DNA of 64,000 nucleotides from Tortispora ganteri (GCA_003707115.1 PPNB01000008.1:1-64000), one strand, 5' to 3'. Shown: positions 50,718 through 61,316, counted from the first letter of the stretch. Numbers and translations: made by a program. The notes: generated from the letters alone by a model not told the origin.

Positions 50718-51115
50718 ATGATCGGGTTTGACGGATTTCTAGGGAGTAAGTATGAATCATTGAACGCTTTTATGAGAAATGTATACTAACTATATATAGC
50801 AAGAGTAGCAGTAATTACCCAGGAGGGAAAACTGTTGGAGGTACGTATGAGTTATGTTTTACATGTAAGAAGATACTAACTTTCAAGGGTGTCCTCGAAG
50901 GATACGACAGACAAGTCAATTTAATATTAATAAATACAATTGAGCGGACATTCAGAGAAAACGAGGGAGCTAAGGATACGCGTCTAGGTACATATATTAT
51001 AAGGGGCGATTCAGTGGTGGCGTGCGGAGTGATTGATGAGGAACTGGAATCACATATTGACTGGACAACAGTCAAAGGTAGTCAATTAAAGCAAGCAAAG
51101 AATCCTAAATTTTGA
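50718..51115 (+). CDS. LSM8: U6 snRNA-associated Sm-like protein; exons 50718-50745, 50800-50840, 50888-51115
   Basis: Spliced product MIGFDGFLGTRVAVITQEGKLLEGVLEGYDRQVNLIL...LGTYIIRGDSVVACGVIDEELESHIDWTTVKG (98 aa). Introns GTAAGT..TACTAAC..TAG and GTACGT..TACTAAC..AAG. Confidence 0.9.
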
Positions 51116-51176
51116 TTACTAGCAAAAAGTATTTGGGTAGTACCCAAATAACTAAATGCTGCTATTATAATTTGTC

Positions 51177-51965
51177 TCAGCTAAGCTTGCCTTGTGCTTC
51201 AAAAGCACTAATTAATTCTTGCAGCGGTTCAATATCTCGCTTATCTATAAGGCTGAACTCCCTTCCAAAACTAACAAAATGCGCAAAGAATGAATTCCAA
51301 TGCGCCTCCATCGATAAATGAACTAACGTCTCGAAATGATTATGATAATAATGTGCAAAGATCCGCAACATCTGGCGGTATATGTTTCTCAATGTAGACG
51401 GGAAATTGGCCGGAAATGTCATATTGGCTCGCGTCGGAAACAAAGTCTCATCATTCAACTTGTTGTTGATCCATGTCAACACATACGCAGTGTATGTTTC
51501 AGCAGGTAATCGAATCGGTTTCCTGTTCGCGTCTAACCATAAGTAATCCAGCCCTGGTCCAGCACTCATAGAAGGACACGTCCGAGCTGTACAGAATTCG
51601 TCTATAACTAAATGAAACTGTTTTAAATTTGAGAAAAATTCAAACATATTCAAAGCTAACCAGTCGCCTAAATCAACATATCGAGGCAGTATAACGATCG
51701 TCTTGAAACTACCTTTCACTAATGCCGACTGTATAAACGGCTGCCTCACAAAAAGTGGTTTCTTATTACCAAATGCAGAAACTTGAACATGTCCACTATT
51801 AGTAGCCGCAGTCGTCGCACTTGTTGATCCTGTAGCCGAACTTGTATTACTAACGCTCGATGCTAATGACGTTTCTGATCCTTTATCTTGACCAAGTCCT
51901 TGTTTCTTATTTTGTTTACGACTTTGTCGTCCAAATCCTTTACTAAACGCATTGAAAATCGCCAT
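51177..51965 (-). CDS. MOB2: Cbk1 kinase coactivator
   Basis: PLFVRQPFIQSALVKGSFKTIVILPRYVDLGDWLALN, HWNSFFAHFVSFGREFSLID. Confidence 0.93.
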   Translation of the reverse strand: MAIFNAFSKGFGRQSRKQNKKQGLGQDKGSETSLASSVSNTSSATGSTSATTAATNSGHVQVSAFGNKKPLFVRQPFIQSALVKGSFKTIVILPRYVDLGDWLALNMFEFFSNLKQFHLVIDEFCTARTCPSMSAGPGLDYLWLDANRKPIRLPAETYTAYVLTWINNKLNDETLFPTRANMTFPANFPSTLRNIYRQMLRIFAHYYHNHFETLVHLSMEAHWNSFFAHFVSFGREFSLIDKRDIEPLQELISAFEAQGKLS

Positions 51966-52154
51966 CTTTTTCTAAACTAAATTTCAACAATATTTCTTTC
52001 GCGTTTAGCGCTTTTTAATTTGCTCCCCTGTATTGACGCAGGTTGTCTGCAATCTTCGTTCAGGGGTACCCTTTTTAACTCTCTTCTCCCACCATAACAA
52101 CAACCCACTTTCGTTGTTATACTCCCACACTGCACCACCATTCTACTAAAAACC

Positions 52155-53927
52155 ATGCCAGCTCCGCCGCCGCCGCCTCCTCCTCCTCCACCAGTTGCTC
52201 CAGGTCCACCACCGCCACCGCCTCCTCCAGGTGGTGCTACCGCTGCACCACCTCTACCAAAAGCGTCTGGCGACAGGTCTGCTCTGCTCTCACAGATCCA
52301 GAAAGGAACAAGGCTGAAGAAAGCCGTGACGAACGATCGGTCTGCTCCATTGGTCGCTGGCTCATCATCTGTGACATCCAACCATTCAAACTCAGCACCT
52401 AACCTCTCTTCAGCACCTGCTAGCTCAGGTCCATCTGCGCTGCCGGTATCTGCACCTGCGCCTCCTGGCCTAGCAGGCCTCTTCGCAAATGGAATGCCTA
52501 AATTACGGTCTCGTGGAGGTATAGACACTGGAGCTGTTCCTGGTTCAGCAGCTAGTGGCTCAAATATACAATCAAATTCTACTCCAGATATAGCACCAGA
52601 CTATCCACTTCCGTCTACGCTATCATCTACATCATCCGCTCCTTCTATTCCTGTTCGTCCTAACAGAACCAGCATCACACCGTCTATCTCATCATTAGCG
52701 CCACCTATTCACTCGAATGCTCCTCCTACCCCATCAAGCGCTCCACCAATTCCTGCAAATGCTCCACCAATTCCTTCGCTTGCCCCTAAGGTCCCCTCAA
52801 ATACTCCTTTAGTGCCTTCACGACCTAAACCTGCAATTCCTCACAAAAAGCCCCAAATAGTACCTGGATCTAAACCCGCTATATCACATAAGCATGTTGA
52901 ATCTTCCGGAACCATTATCCGAGAATCTTCTAGTCCGATTCCACTGCCGGTTCCTTCGAATGCTCCGCCTGTCCCTTCGAATGCTCCGCCTGTCCCTTCG
53001 AATGCTCCACCTGTCCCTTCGAATGCTCCACCTGTCCCTTCGAATGCTCCGCCTGTCCCTTCGAATGCTCCACCTGTCCCTTCGAATGCTCCACCTGTCC
53101 CTTCGAATGCTCCGCCAGTTCCTTTGAATGCTCCGCCTGTCCCTTCGAATACTCCGCCAGTTCCTTCGAATACTCCGCCAGTTCCTTTGAATACTCCGCC
53201 AGCTCCTTCGAATGCTCCGCCAGCTCCTTCGAATGCTCCGCCGGTTCCTTCGACTGCTCCACCTGTTCCTGAAACTGCTTCTGCGCCAATGCCTCCTATA
53301 ACCTCAACTCCTGCAGTACCTTTTTCTGATTCATACCATAACGACCTTACAACGACTCGCTTACCGCCTATTATGGGTGCACCTGCACCTCCAAAAGAGA
53401 AAATGCTTCATACTGCAGCCTCGAATTCGACTTCGTTTCTTGCACCACCACCACCACCGCCACCGCCTGTCTCCTCTGCACCTACTCCAGCCTCCCTGCA
53501 ACCACCAACTTCCTCTGCGCCAAGTTCAGAAGTACAGCCACCTCCGCCACCGCCACCCCCGCCGGCGAGTAGTGCGCCATCCATTCCTCTCCACAGTTCT
53601 CCTCCCACCAATGGGGCTAGCATAGGATCGGCGTCATACGACATTGAGGCTAAAGGTACCAGACACAGGCCAACCGCTGCACCGCCACCGCCACCTTCAA
53701 ATGTACCTCAAAGAAGACTTCCTTCGAAAGAAAATTCGCTGCGCGGAGTCAAGGCCAGTGCCGTTACTATCGCCGTGGGAACAAGTTCTACAGAGAAAGT
53801 CTTTATTGATGATAAAAGATTTAAGTTTCAGCCTGACTCTGCGTTGCCTAAGCCCCGAAAGTTCATAGGCAAACAGAAGCTATACCCATCTGGACGAGGG
53901 TCATCTGTTCCTTTACGCATAGACTAA
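52155..53927 (+). CDS. VRP1: Verprolin (WIP homolog)
   Basis: Poly-Pro start, WH2 DRSALLSQIQKGTRLKKAVTNDRSAP, second motif LAGLFANGMPKLR, C-terminal DDKRFKF...LPKPRKF...YPSGRGSSVPL. Confidence 0.93.
   Translation: MPAPPPPPPPPPPVAPGPPPPPPPPGGATAAPPLPKASGDRSALLSQIQKGTRLKKAVTNDRSAPLVAGSSSVTSNHSNSAPNLSSAPASSGPSALPVSAPAPPGLAGLFANGMPKLRSRGGIDTGAVPGSAASGSNIQSNSTPDIAPDYPLPSTLSSTSSAPSIPVRPNRTSITPSISSLAPPIHSNAPPTPSSAPPIPANAPPIPSLAPKVPSNTPLVPSRPKPAIPHKKPQIVPGSKPAISHKHVESSGTIIRESSSPIPLPVPSNAPPVPSNAPPVPSNAPPVPSNAPPVPSNAPPVPSNAPPVPSNAPPVPSNAPPVPLNAPPVPSNTPPVPSNTPPVPLNTPPAPSNAPPAPSNAPPVPSTAPPVPETASAPMPPITSTPAVPFSDSYHNDLTTTRLPPIMGAPAPPKEKMLHTAASNSTSFLAPPPPPPPPVSSAPTPASLQPPTSSAPSSEVQPPPPPPPPPASSAPSIPLHSSPPTNGASIGSASYDIEAKGTRHRPTAAPPPPPSNVPQRRLPSKENSLRGVKASAVTIAVGTSSTEKVFIDDKRFKFQPDSALPKPRKFIGKQKLYPSGRGSSVPLRID
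52947..53270 (+). repeat. 21-bp coding minisatellite (PVPSNAP, about 15 units) in VRP1
   Basis: Tandem CC(T/A/G)GT(C/T)CCTTCGAATGCTCC(G/A) units. Confidence 0.95.
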
Positions 53928-54417
53928 TTAGCGGCATTTTCGGTTGATCTACGTCGTATTAGTGACATGAAAGCTTGCAACTTTGAGGCTTGGCGTACAA
54001 CGGTGAACTCTAATTGTGCCTCAACGTTCTAGACCTGCTCGCGTCCCTTCAGCGATTAGTACATTTCCCGTGGCAGCATTGTCGCATACTGCCTATACCT
54101 CTCATTAACATGTGCAATGGCTGTAATTAGCCATAAAAGTTCGTTATTACAAAACTTAATTATAACAAATAGCTAGTGTGAAACTGCATACCATTTCTAA
54201 GTAGCAGAAACGCGGCGAAATATATTACTATTTAAGGGTTAGGGCATAAATAATAGTGCCCAGAAACTCCGAGGTTGTTTTTTCTTTCTTCTTATTGTTT
54301 CACCAGAATCCTTCCTTTTTTTTCTCAAGAGAAAGGATATTAGTTGATTTTGCGTTCTTTTCCTGCATATTTTTGTTGTTTGATTTTATTTATCTGTTTT
54401 AAAAATCGGCTTTCAGC

Positions 54418-55341
54418 ATGAAACTTTCGCTTCTCTCATCTGCACTCTTAGCCGTTGGCGTTTCTGCTGCCACAGGCGAACTTGGTTTCAATTTGGGCAC
54501 CAAATTGGATGATGGCACCTGCAAATACACTGCCGACTATGAAAGGGACCTCGATATCCTCTCTGCATACACTAAAACCGTTCGCATTTATTCTACCTCA
54601 GACTGCAATACTTTGCAATACCTCGCGCCTGCCATCAAAGAGAAGGGCTTTAAATTGTTTATCGGTATTTGGCCCACTGATGACGCTCATTTTCAACTCG
54701 ATATGAGTGTTCTTAAGCAGTACATTACAGAGCTTGATGCTTCTTCTATTGTTGGTATCACTGTTGGTTCGGAGGCGTTGTATCGCGAAGATATGACTGC
54801 CAGCGATCTTGCGAACTACATTAACCAAGTACGTAACGAAGTGCACGGCATCAGCGGATACGAAAACGTCCTTGTCGGTACTGCCGATTCATGGAACATT
54901 TGGGTCGATGGTGCTAATAGTGCCGCTATTGAGGCCTCTGATATCATTCTTGCCAACGCCTTCCCTTACTGGCAAGGACAGACCCCTGACAACATGACCT
55001 ATAGTTTCTTTGACGATATCACCCAGGCTCTTGCTACTGTTGAAAAAATTAAGGGCCCTGATTTTCCTTTCTGGGTTGGCGAAACTGGATGGCCTACTCA
55101 TGGTGGTAATTATGATGCTGCTGAACCTGGTATTAGCACTGCTGAACAATTCTACCAAGAAGGCATTTGCGGAATACTTGGATGGGGTGTCAACGTACTT
55201 GTCTTTGAGGCATTTAATGAGATGTGGAAGCCTGACACTGTGGGCGACAACGGTGTGACTATTGAAAGTGTCGAGAAGTACTGGGGTGTGTTTAATGAGA
55301 CCACTGGTACTCCTTTTTACGACATCTCCTGCAGCTACTAA
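54418..55341 (+). CDS. BGL2: GH17 endo-beta-1,3-glucanase/glucosyltransferase
   Basis: Signal peptide, GELGFNLG, VGSEALYR, NAFPYWQG, WVGETGWPT, FEAFNE. Confidence 0.93.
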   Translation: MKLSLLSSALLAVGVSAATGELGFNLGTKLDDGTCKYTADYERDLDILSAYTKTVRIYSTSDCNTLQYLAPAIKEKGFKLFIGIWPTDDAHFQLDMSVLKQYITELDASSIVGITVGSEALYREDMTASDLANYINQVRNEVHGISGYENVLVGTADSWNIWVDGANSAAIEASDIILANAFPYWQGQTPDNMTYSFFDDITQALATVEKIKGPDFPFWVGETGWPTHGGNYDAAEPGISTAEQFYQEGICGILGWGVNVLVFEAFNEMWKPDTVGDNGVTIESVEKYWGVFNETTGTPFYDISCSY

Positions 55342-55594
55342 GTCAGAGGAAATTTCACATTTTCTACTGTATCAGCACATTCTAGTACAGTTACTGCATC
55401 CCTCATTAGCATATACATGAAGTACATTTGAATTATTACAATAAAGTAACGTATAACATAAAAGAAACATAACATGGAACTGATTTGTGTACCAGTTCCC
55501 ACAGAGAATCACGAATGATCGAAATAAACCAGCAAACATTTACAAGAGATCAGAATTAATCTCAGAATAAACAAAAAGTAAACACAAGAGATTT

Positions 55595-56491
55595 TCAACA
55601 AGAGAAAGAGTTGAGCTGGTAAACCAATAATAATTCGTTGAGTTCTTTAGCGATGCTCAATACCTCGTCACCTAACGACGACATCTCATTAAGAGCCTTT
55701 ATTGCAGATTCGATGCCTTCAATTAAATAGCCATTTCTATTGCGTGACCAATGTGCATCGCTTTTCGCTTTTCTCAGCTCTTCGGCTAATGCATTGCGTT
55801 CGGACAATGCCTCTGCTAACTTGGACTCAATAGAGACAGGTTTGGTGCCCGACGACTTTGAAGAGTTTAGCAGCTCGACTTTAAGGACTTTCATTTCCTC
55901 TTTCAATTTCTGGTTCTCAGCTTTCAGTTTATCATTTTCAGCGCGATAATTAGCATTCCGTTCACTCAAGGCGTTCAGTTCAGATTTAAAGAAAGCTGTC
56001 TCTTCCTCCTCATCGGCTTGGGCCCGCTCTAACTGTTCCGCAAGAGCATCTATCTTTTGGTCTCGTTCCGTAATCATTGCCAATGTTATATCAGACTCAG
56101 ATGTTGGGGTATTAGAATCGGCCAAGTTCTTAATTAGAGCTTCTAAGTTAGCTAGTCGATCCAGTAGCTGAGGTCCTTCTGATTTCCGTTTGTTCTTGCT
56201 TGCCTTTCTCCGTGCGATGTTCTGTGTTTGAGTCTGGTTCTGAGACTGGCTCTGTGAGCTGATATCTTTCAGATGTCGGTCATCACTTGTATTGGACTCA
56301 AATTCTGCCAGTTTAGACAAAAGCTCATGTTCTTTCTGTAATCGTTTCCTTAATGACTTTCGACTGGACTTTGCAGAAGAAGCCGTACTAGTTGTCTTTT
56401 TTTCACAGTTTTCCGGCTGAATCTGCGTCTGAACACCTGACCATCGGGAAGCGGCAAGTCCAACAGGTAAGGTATCAAGCACGTCACTCAT
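55595..56491 (-). CDS. Hypothetical coiled-coil protein
   Basis: 298-aa ATG-initiated ORF with heptad-rich E/K/L composition; family not recognised. Confidence 0.7.
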   Translation of the reverse strand: MSDVLDTLPVGLAASRWSGVQTQIQPENCEKKTTSTASSAKSSRKSLRKRLQKEHELLSKLAEFESNTSDDRHLKDISSQSQSQNQTQTQNIARRKASKNKRKSEGPQLLDRLANLEALIKNLADSNTPTSESDITLAMITERDQKIDALAEQLERAQADEEEETAFFKSELNALSERNANYRAENDKLKAENQKLKEEMKVLKVELLNSSKSSGTKPVSIESKLAEALSERNALAEELRKAKSDAHWSRNRNGYLIEGIESAIKALNEMSSLGDEVLSIAKELNELLLVYQLNSFSC

Positions 56492-56603
56492 AGATTCGTA
56501 GTTTTAAATTTCGGCATGAACCAAAATTACAGACAAATAACAAAAAGAAAAGAAAAGAAGTACCAGTCAAGTCTCCTGTCAAGACTAAACAAGGCGCAAA
56601 AAT

Positions 56604-56680
56604 TGACCAATAGAAACGCGCCTGACATATATTTGACGTGACCCATTGCGTGTTGCTGGCATAGCAACCGATTTGTTTAT
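56604..56680. promoter_or_regulatory. CCAAT + MCB-like + X-box + forkhead module upstream of IQG1
   Basis: TGACCAAT at 56604, ACGCG at 56616, GTTGCTGGCATAGCAAC at 56652-56668, TGTTTAT at 56674. Confidence 0.5.
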
Positions 56681-56764
56681 CTCCGCTTCTGGTTTAGGAA
56701 ACTTCATCATAACTTTATTCCTCCCTCTTCAATATCACATTTCCACCAGTTGACAAGCCAATAA

Positions 56765-59700
56765 ATGGTGTCTGAATCAATCAAAGTAGTTAAAACCCGT
56801 GGAGAGCGTTCAAGATCTCCATCGAAACTCTCTTCTGATATGCCTTCGCTTGATTTACCCAATAGCGAGCTCGTGAAGCCCGCCCAGAAGTCTAATGCGA
56901 TCGGCGGCACAGATATCGAAACATTGCGCAAATCGAGCAATGTCTTTCTAAAAAGCTTGGGTCAAAACATTGATTCTGTTGAGGATCTATCAATTCCTGG
57001 TATCAGTCCTGGTGTAGAAGATCTGGCTGGTCTTCATGGAAGAATAAGACTCCAGAGACATGATCAGGATAAGGGGCCCGAAGCTACTAAGTGGTCAAGA
57101 GGTAACTGGATGGATTCGTCTCGTAAAACCATTCAAGGCTATGAATACTTATGTCATATTGGTGAAGCAAAGGAATGGCTAGAATCTTGTCTTGGAGAAC
57201 CTGTACCTGATGTACCTCATCTTGAACAAGCTCTCCGAGATGGCGTAATTTTAGCAAAACTCACCAAAGTGTTCGCTCCTCATCTTGTGAAGAAAATATT
57301 TGTTAATTCTAAGCTTCAATATCGTCATACAGACAATATCAATTATTTTTTCCAGTTTCTGGATCAAGTCGATATGCCGGAATTGTTCACATTCGTGCTT
57401 ACTGATCTTTATGATAAAAAGAACGTTCCAAAAGTCATATACTGCCTTCATGCCCTCAGTTACATACTGTACACAAAAGGAATGGCTCCACCTATGGGTG
57501 ATCTTGTTGGAAAGCTCGAGTTTAGTGAATCTGAAATTGACGATGCGCAGAAGGGACTCGATAAAGCCGGAATTACCTTGCCAAATTTTTCAACTGTCAA
57601 TTCTCATTTTGAACCTTTAGACAGAACGTCACATTTATCCAGTGAAAGTAGTACTTTTTCTCACTCTCTGCCAAAGAGTGGAAGCTCTACTTCTTTGCCA
57701 GCATCTAACTCGGTAGAAGATCTGCGATCTGAATTGCGAGATAATCTTATTAAATCTTCTTTTCGCAACCAGTATCAAGCGCTTGTGGAATTTCAGGCTT
57801 ACTCTCGCGGCTGCTTGACACGAAAGAATACTTCACAATTGAAGAAATTTGACAGTGAGGAGATTAAGAAAATCATTGCTTTACAGTCTTTTTGTCGTGG
57901 TCATTGTCAAAGAAAAATCGCCGATTCTCTTCGTATAAAGCTTCTTCTAGAAGAACACTCAATTATGACTTTTCAGAGATTGGCTCGCGGCTATCTTATA
58001 AGGAAAAAGTTTAAAGATGTGCAAGCTACTCTAAAATCTACTGAAAAGTCACTGATCTATTTGCAGTCTTTTAGTCGTTCAAAATCTTTCCGCGAAAAAT
58101 TCCTAGCAGACCGAAAACTTCTGCAGAAAGCCGAACCTGCGATTACTGAATTGCAGGCAATTTGCCGAGCTCGTTTACTTAAGAATTGCCATTCTAATAT
58201 TCGAAGTGATGTGTTGGTTTCGGATTCCGAAATGTCCACTTTTCAAAGCATTTGCCGTGGATATCTTTCTCGCCGTCGTTTGAACTGCACGCGGATTGGA
58301 CTTGACTTGGCAGAATCTCACATCATTGCTTTTCAAGCTTACATAAAGGCGGAAATTGTTAGGTTTCATCTTTCTGTTCTACTTGATGCACTTGACGATA
58401 AGTGCCAGAACCTTCCTGAATTTCAAGCTCTCTGTCGTGGTTATCTCAGTAGGTCGAGGATTCAACAGAGATCTGATTACTATAATGATAATTTGTCAAA
58501 AATCATTAAGCTTCAGAGCTTAGTGCGAACTTGGCTTCAAAATAATTCGTACAGGTCTTTTATCCATGAGAAGTCTCCTTCACTACCTGTGGTTAAGAAG
58601 TTCATACATCTGCTAGAGGATAACAACTTGGATTTCGCTGAGGAGATTCAGATTGAATCATCTAGGAAACTTTTAACAGATGAAATGAGAAACAACGAGT
58701 CTCTTGAACAGTATATTGACAAGCTAGATGTCAAAATTGCATTGTTGGTCAAGAATAAGATATCTCTAGATGAAGTTCTTAATCATCGTAACAAAGGATT
58801 TCAACCGGCCTATTCTGATCCGATTGATGATAAAACAGGAATTTCTGCGCTTGACAAATCTACGAGACAACGCTTAGATCTTTACCAGGGGCTTTTCTTT
58901 ATTTTACAAACACAGCCAGAATATTTTGCTAAACTTTTTCAACACTTCCAAGAAATCAGTATCCCGGAAAGGGAGACAAAGCTGCTTGAACAGCTAGTGC
59001 TTGAAGTTTTTGGTCACCTACAGAAAAGTCGAGAAGTTTTCCATTTCTTGAGATTGATTTCTCGTTCTGCAGAGATCTCGATTGCGCGAAGCTCTTCGAT
59101 GGAAGATATGCTAGCTCATTCTTCCATCTGGCAAGGGCTTTTACAGGCTTTAAATTTATGCAGCAACGAAAGATCTTACCTGAGAAGCGTTGTTGCCCCT
59201 ACTATTGAAGCTATCTCTAAACAACATACCATGGACTTAGAAAGCAACCCGCTTATCATTTATCGAACTCTGATTAATCAAGAGGAACTGAGCACCGGGC
59301 ATCGAAGTTTCCGAAATCCCAATATTCCAGTTGAAGAGGCAATAAATGACGAAGAAACAAGAAGGGTTTTTATTTGCAATCTGCAAGATATAAGGCAATA
59401 TGCTGCTGGTCTCTTCCAATCAGTTGAAGATTCTGTAATGAATGTGCCGTACTCAATTCGGTATACTGTCAAGACCATCACAGATCTTTTTGCTGAAGCT
59501 AACCCCGGTATCTCTCAGGATTCTTTGCTGTCTATTGCAGGGACACTGTATTATCATCTGTTCTTGCATAATGCACTGTATCTACCGGAACGATTAGAAC
59601 TACTTGAAGAGTCCATAGGCCCGCTTCAGCGGAAGAATATATCTGAAGTGTCAAAAGTTCTGGCTCAGATTTTTTATGGACGAGGATTTGGTTCAGATAA

Positions 59701-60946
59701 TGTGTATTTGCAGCCTCTTAATGAATTTGTGGTACATACTGCGGAAAAAGCTCGCATGGTTATTAGGAGCATGATACTGAACTTGACTCCAATTGAAGAA
59801 CATTTTGAAATTTCAGTCTCTGATGATTTAATTTCCAATCAGCGCCCTGTATTGTTCATCAAAGCACAGAGTGTTATTCATATTCATGCTATTATATTTG
59901 CAAACTCCGAAATCTTGTTTGACGCAACGAGCCGGGACTCTCTTAGTAATGTCATTACAAAGCTTGGGCCTGCTCCACGAAATGTGGAAGAGATTTTCAG
60001 CAGTGCTCACTCATCTACAGAGTTTAAGTTAAAGCTGAATCCGAGCTACAGTCGTTTAGTTGAACGCGATCCAGAAGTTGAAGCTTTGTACTTGGAGACA
60101 AAACGGTGCCTGTTGTATATCATCAAAGTTCAAGAAGCTGAAGACATGATGCATTTATTAGTACAGCCTGTATCTGCAGATGATGAAGAGATGTTTTCAC
60201 AGCTGAAGAAGAAAACTTCAATAGCTCCTGATACTTATTATAACGGGGATACTTCATTTGACTTTTTAAATTTGACCTATCGTGAGCTCAAGATGGCCTG
60301 CCTGGAAAAGATTTTGGAATTAGAAAGAAGACAACGTATAACCAGACAGAACGGATATCAGGATTTACTAAATTCTTTGGCTATCGACATTCGTACAAAA
60401 AACAACCGTCGAAGTGAGAGGAAGAAAGAACTCGAGACTGTCAATAAGACGCTGATGCATTTAAAGCACAAGGAGCAGTACCTAAAGACTCAGTTGAAGA
60501 GCTATAACGATTATATAGAGCAAGCCATGGCTACCTTACAGACCAAGAATGCTAAGCGAAAGCCAGTTGTTCCCTTTTCGAAACAGTATTTTCACATGCG
60601 TGATCTTGAAAAGCATGACAAGATGCCTAAGTTTGGATCGTATAAGTATTCAGCATCGAAGTTGTTGACCAAGGGCGTCCTAGCTGAGCTAGAGAGTGGA
60701 TTTGGAGATCGCCAATACGACAAAGTGAATTTTGTGTTTTCTTCAGACCGCATTGGTACATTTACTATTGAAGCAAATTATGGGTCTATTCCGATGCCCG
60801 GAGCCTTGACCGAAGTGACACTGGATCAACTACTGAGTCAGCAGTACGACAACCAACGATACTTTGAATTGTTTGACGGAAAGGCTAAGTTTAACACCAA
60901 CCTATTTCTGCATTTGGTGTTCAAGAAGTTTTATAATGACGCATGA
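56765..60946 (+). CDS. IQG1: IQGAP cytokinesis protein
   Basis: CH domain (YEYLCHIGEAKEW, LRDGVILAKL, KNVPKVIYCLHALS), IQ repeats (LQSFCRG), GAP-related domain, RasGAP_C (PKFGSYKYSA). Confidence 0.96.
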   Translation: MVSESIKVVKTRGERSRSPSKLSSDMPSLDLPNSELVKPAQKSNAIGGTDIETLRKSSNVFLKSLGQNIDSVEDLSIPGISPGVEDLAGLHGRIRLQRHDQDKGPEATKWSRGNWMDSSRKTIQGYEYLCHIGEAKEWLESCLGEPVPDVPHLEQALRDGVILAKLTKVFAPHLVKKIFVNSKLQYRHTDNINYFFQFLDQVDMPELFTFVLTDLYDKKNVPKVIYCLHALSYILYTKGMAPPMGDLVGKLEFSESEIDDAQKGLDKAGITLPNFSTVNSHFEPLDRTSHLSSESSTFSHSLPKSGSSTSLPASNSVEDLRSELRDNLIKSSFRNQYQALVEFQAYSRGCLTRKNTSQLKKFDSEEIKKIIALQSFCRGHCQRKIADSLRIKLLLEEHSIMTFQRLARGYLIRKKFKDVQATLKSTEKSLIYLQSFSRSKSFREKFLADRKLLQKAEPAITELQAICRARLLKNCHSNIRSDVLVSDSEMSTFQSICRGYLSRRRLNCTRIGLDLAESHIIAFQAYIKAEIVRFHLSVLLDALDDKCQNLPEFQALCRGYLSRSRIQQRSDYYNDNLSKIIKLQSLVRTWLQNNSYRSFIHEKSPSLPVVKKFIHLLEDNNLDFAEEIQIESSRKLLTDEMRNNESLEQYIDKLDVKIALLVKNKISLDEVLNHRNKGFQPAYSDPIDDKTGISALDKSTRQRLDLYQGLFFILQTQPEYFAKLFQHFQEISIPERETKLLEQLVLEVFGHLQKSREVFHFLRLISRSAEISIARSSSMEDMLAHSSIWQGLLQALNLCSNERSYLRSVVAPTIEAISKQHTMDLESNPLIIYRTLINQEELSTGHRSFRNPNIPVEEAINDEETRRVFICNLQDIRQYAAGLFQSVEDSVMNVPYSIRYTVKTITDLFAEANPGISQDSLLSIAGTLYYHLFLHNALYLPERLELLEESIGPLQRKNISEVSKVLAQIFYGRGFGSDNVYLQPLNEFVVHTAEKARMVIRSMILNLTPIEEHFEISVSDDLISNQRPVLFIKAQSVIHIHAIIFANSEILFDATSRDSLSNVITKLGPAPRNVEEIFSSAHSSTEFKLKLNPSYSRLVERDPEVEALYLETKRCLLYIIKVQEAEDMMHLLVQPVSADDEEMFSQLKKKTSIAPDTYYNGDTSFDFLNLTYRELKMACLEKILELERRQRITRQNGYQDLLNSLAIDIRTKNNRRSERKKELETVNKTLMHLKHKEQYLKTQLKSYNDYIEQAMATLQTKNAKRKPVVPFSKQYFHMRDLEKHDKMPKFGSYKYSASKLLTKGVLAELESGFGDRQYDKVNFVFSSDRIGTFTIEANYGSIPMPGALTEVTLDQLLSQQYDNQRYFELFDGKAKFNTNLFLHLVFKKFYNDA

Positions 60947-61022
60947 AATAGCGTATATTTTTAGAATAACAGTATAAATCAGTTATTTTCATTTAAACTT
61001 TAAACATGATAAGCTTTTTAAA

Positions 61023-61061
61023 TGACCAATGAAGAATGTTGCATGGCAACAAAAGTAAACA
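61023..61061. promoter_or_regulatory. CCAAT + X-box + forkhead module upstream of KIP3
   Basis: TGACCAAT at 61023, GTTGCATGGCAAC at 61038-61050, GTAAACA at 61055-61061. Confidence 0.55.
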
Positions 61062-61316
61062 ATTACTCTCTTGTATATCGGCGTCAATTGTAAACTTTAC
61101 CATTTCACTTCTTTTGAAGGGTTCTCATTTTTCTGATATTCTTTATTGAACTCTTTAATTGTTTTCCATTTTTGTTCCTTGAGGCTGCTAGCAGCTGTTC
61201 TGATTTATTGACGCGAGAAAGAGACCTGTTTTCGTGTCTTCTAAGTATTCCTAGACATTGACTTATCATACCATCAATTCATCTCTAATACCGTCCCTGC
61301 ATCTCATTTATCTCAC

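Noticed and set aside
52930..53289. Antisense repetitive ORF (EHSKGQA)n, and the array as a CRISPR-like repeat
   Set aside because: It is a shadow of the VRP1 21-bp minisatellite. There are no unique spacers and the context is eukaryotic.
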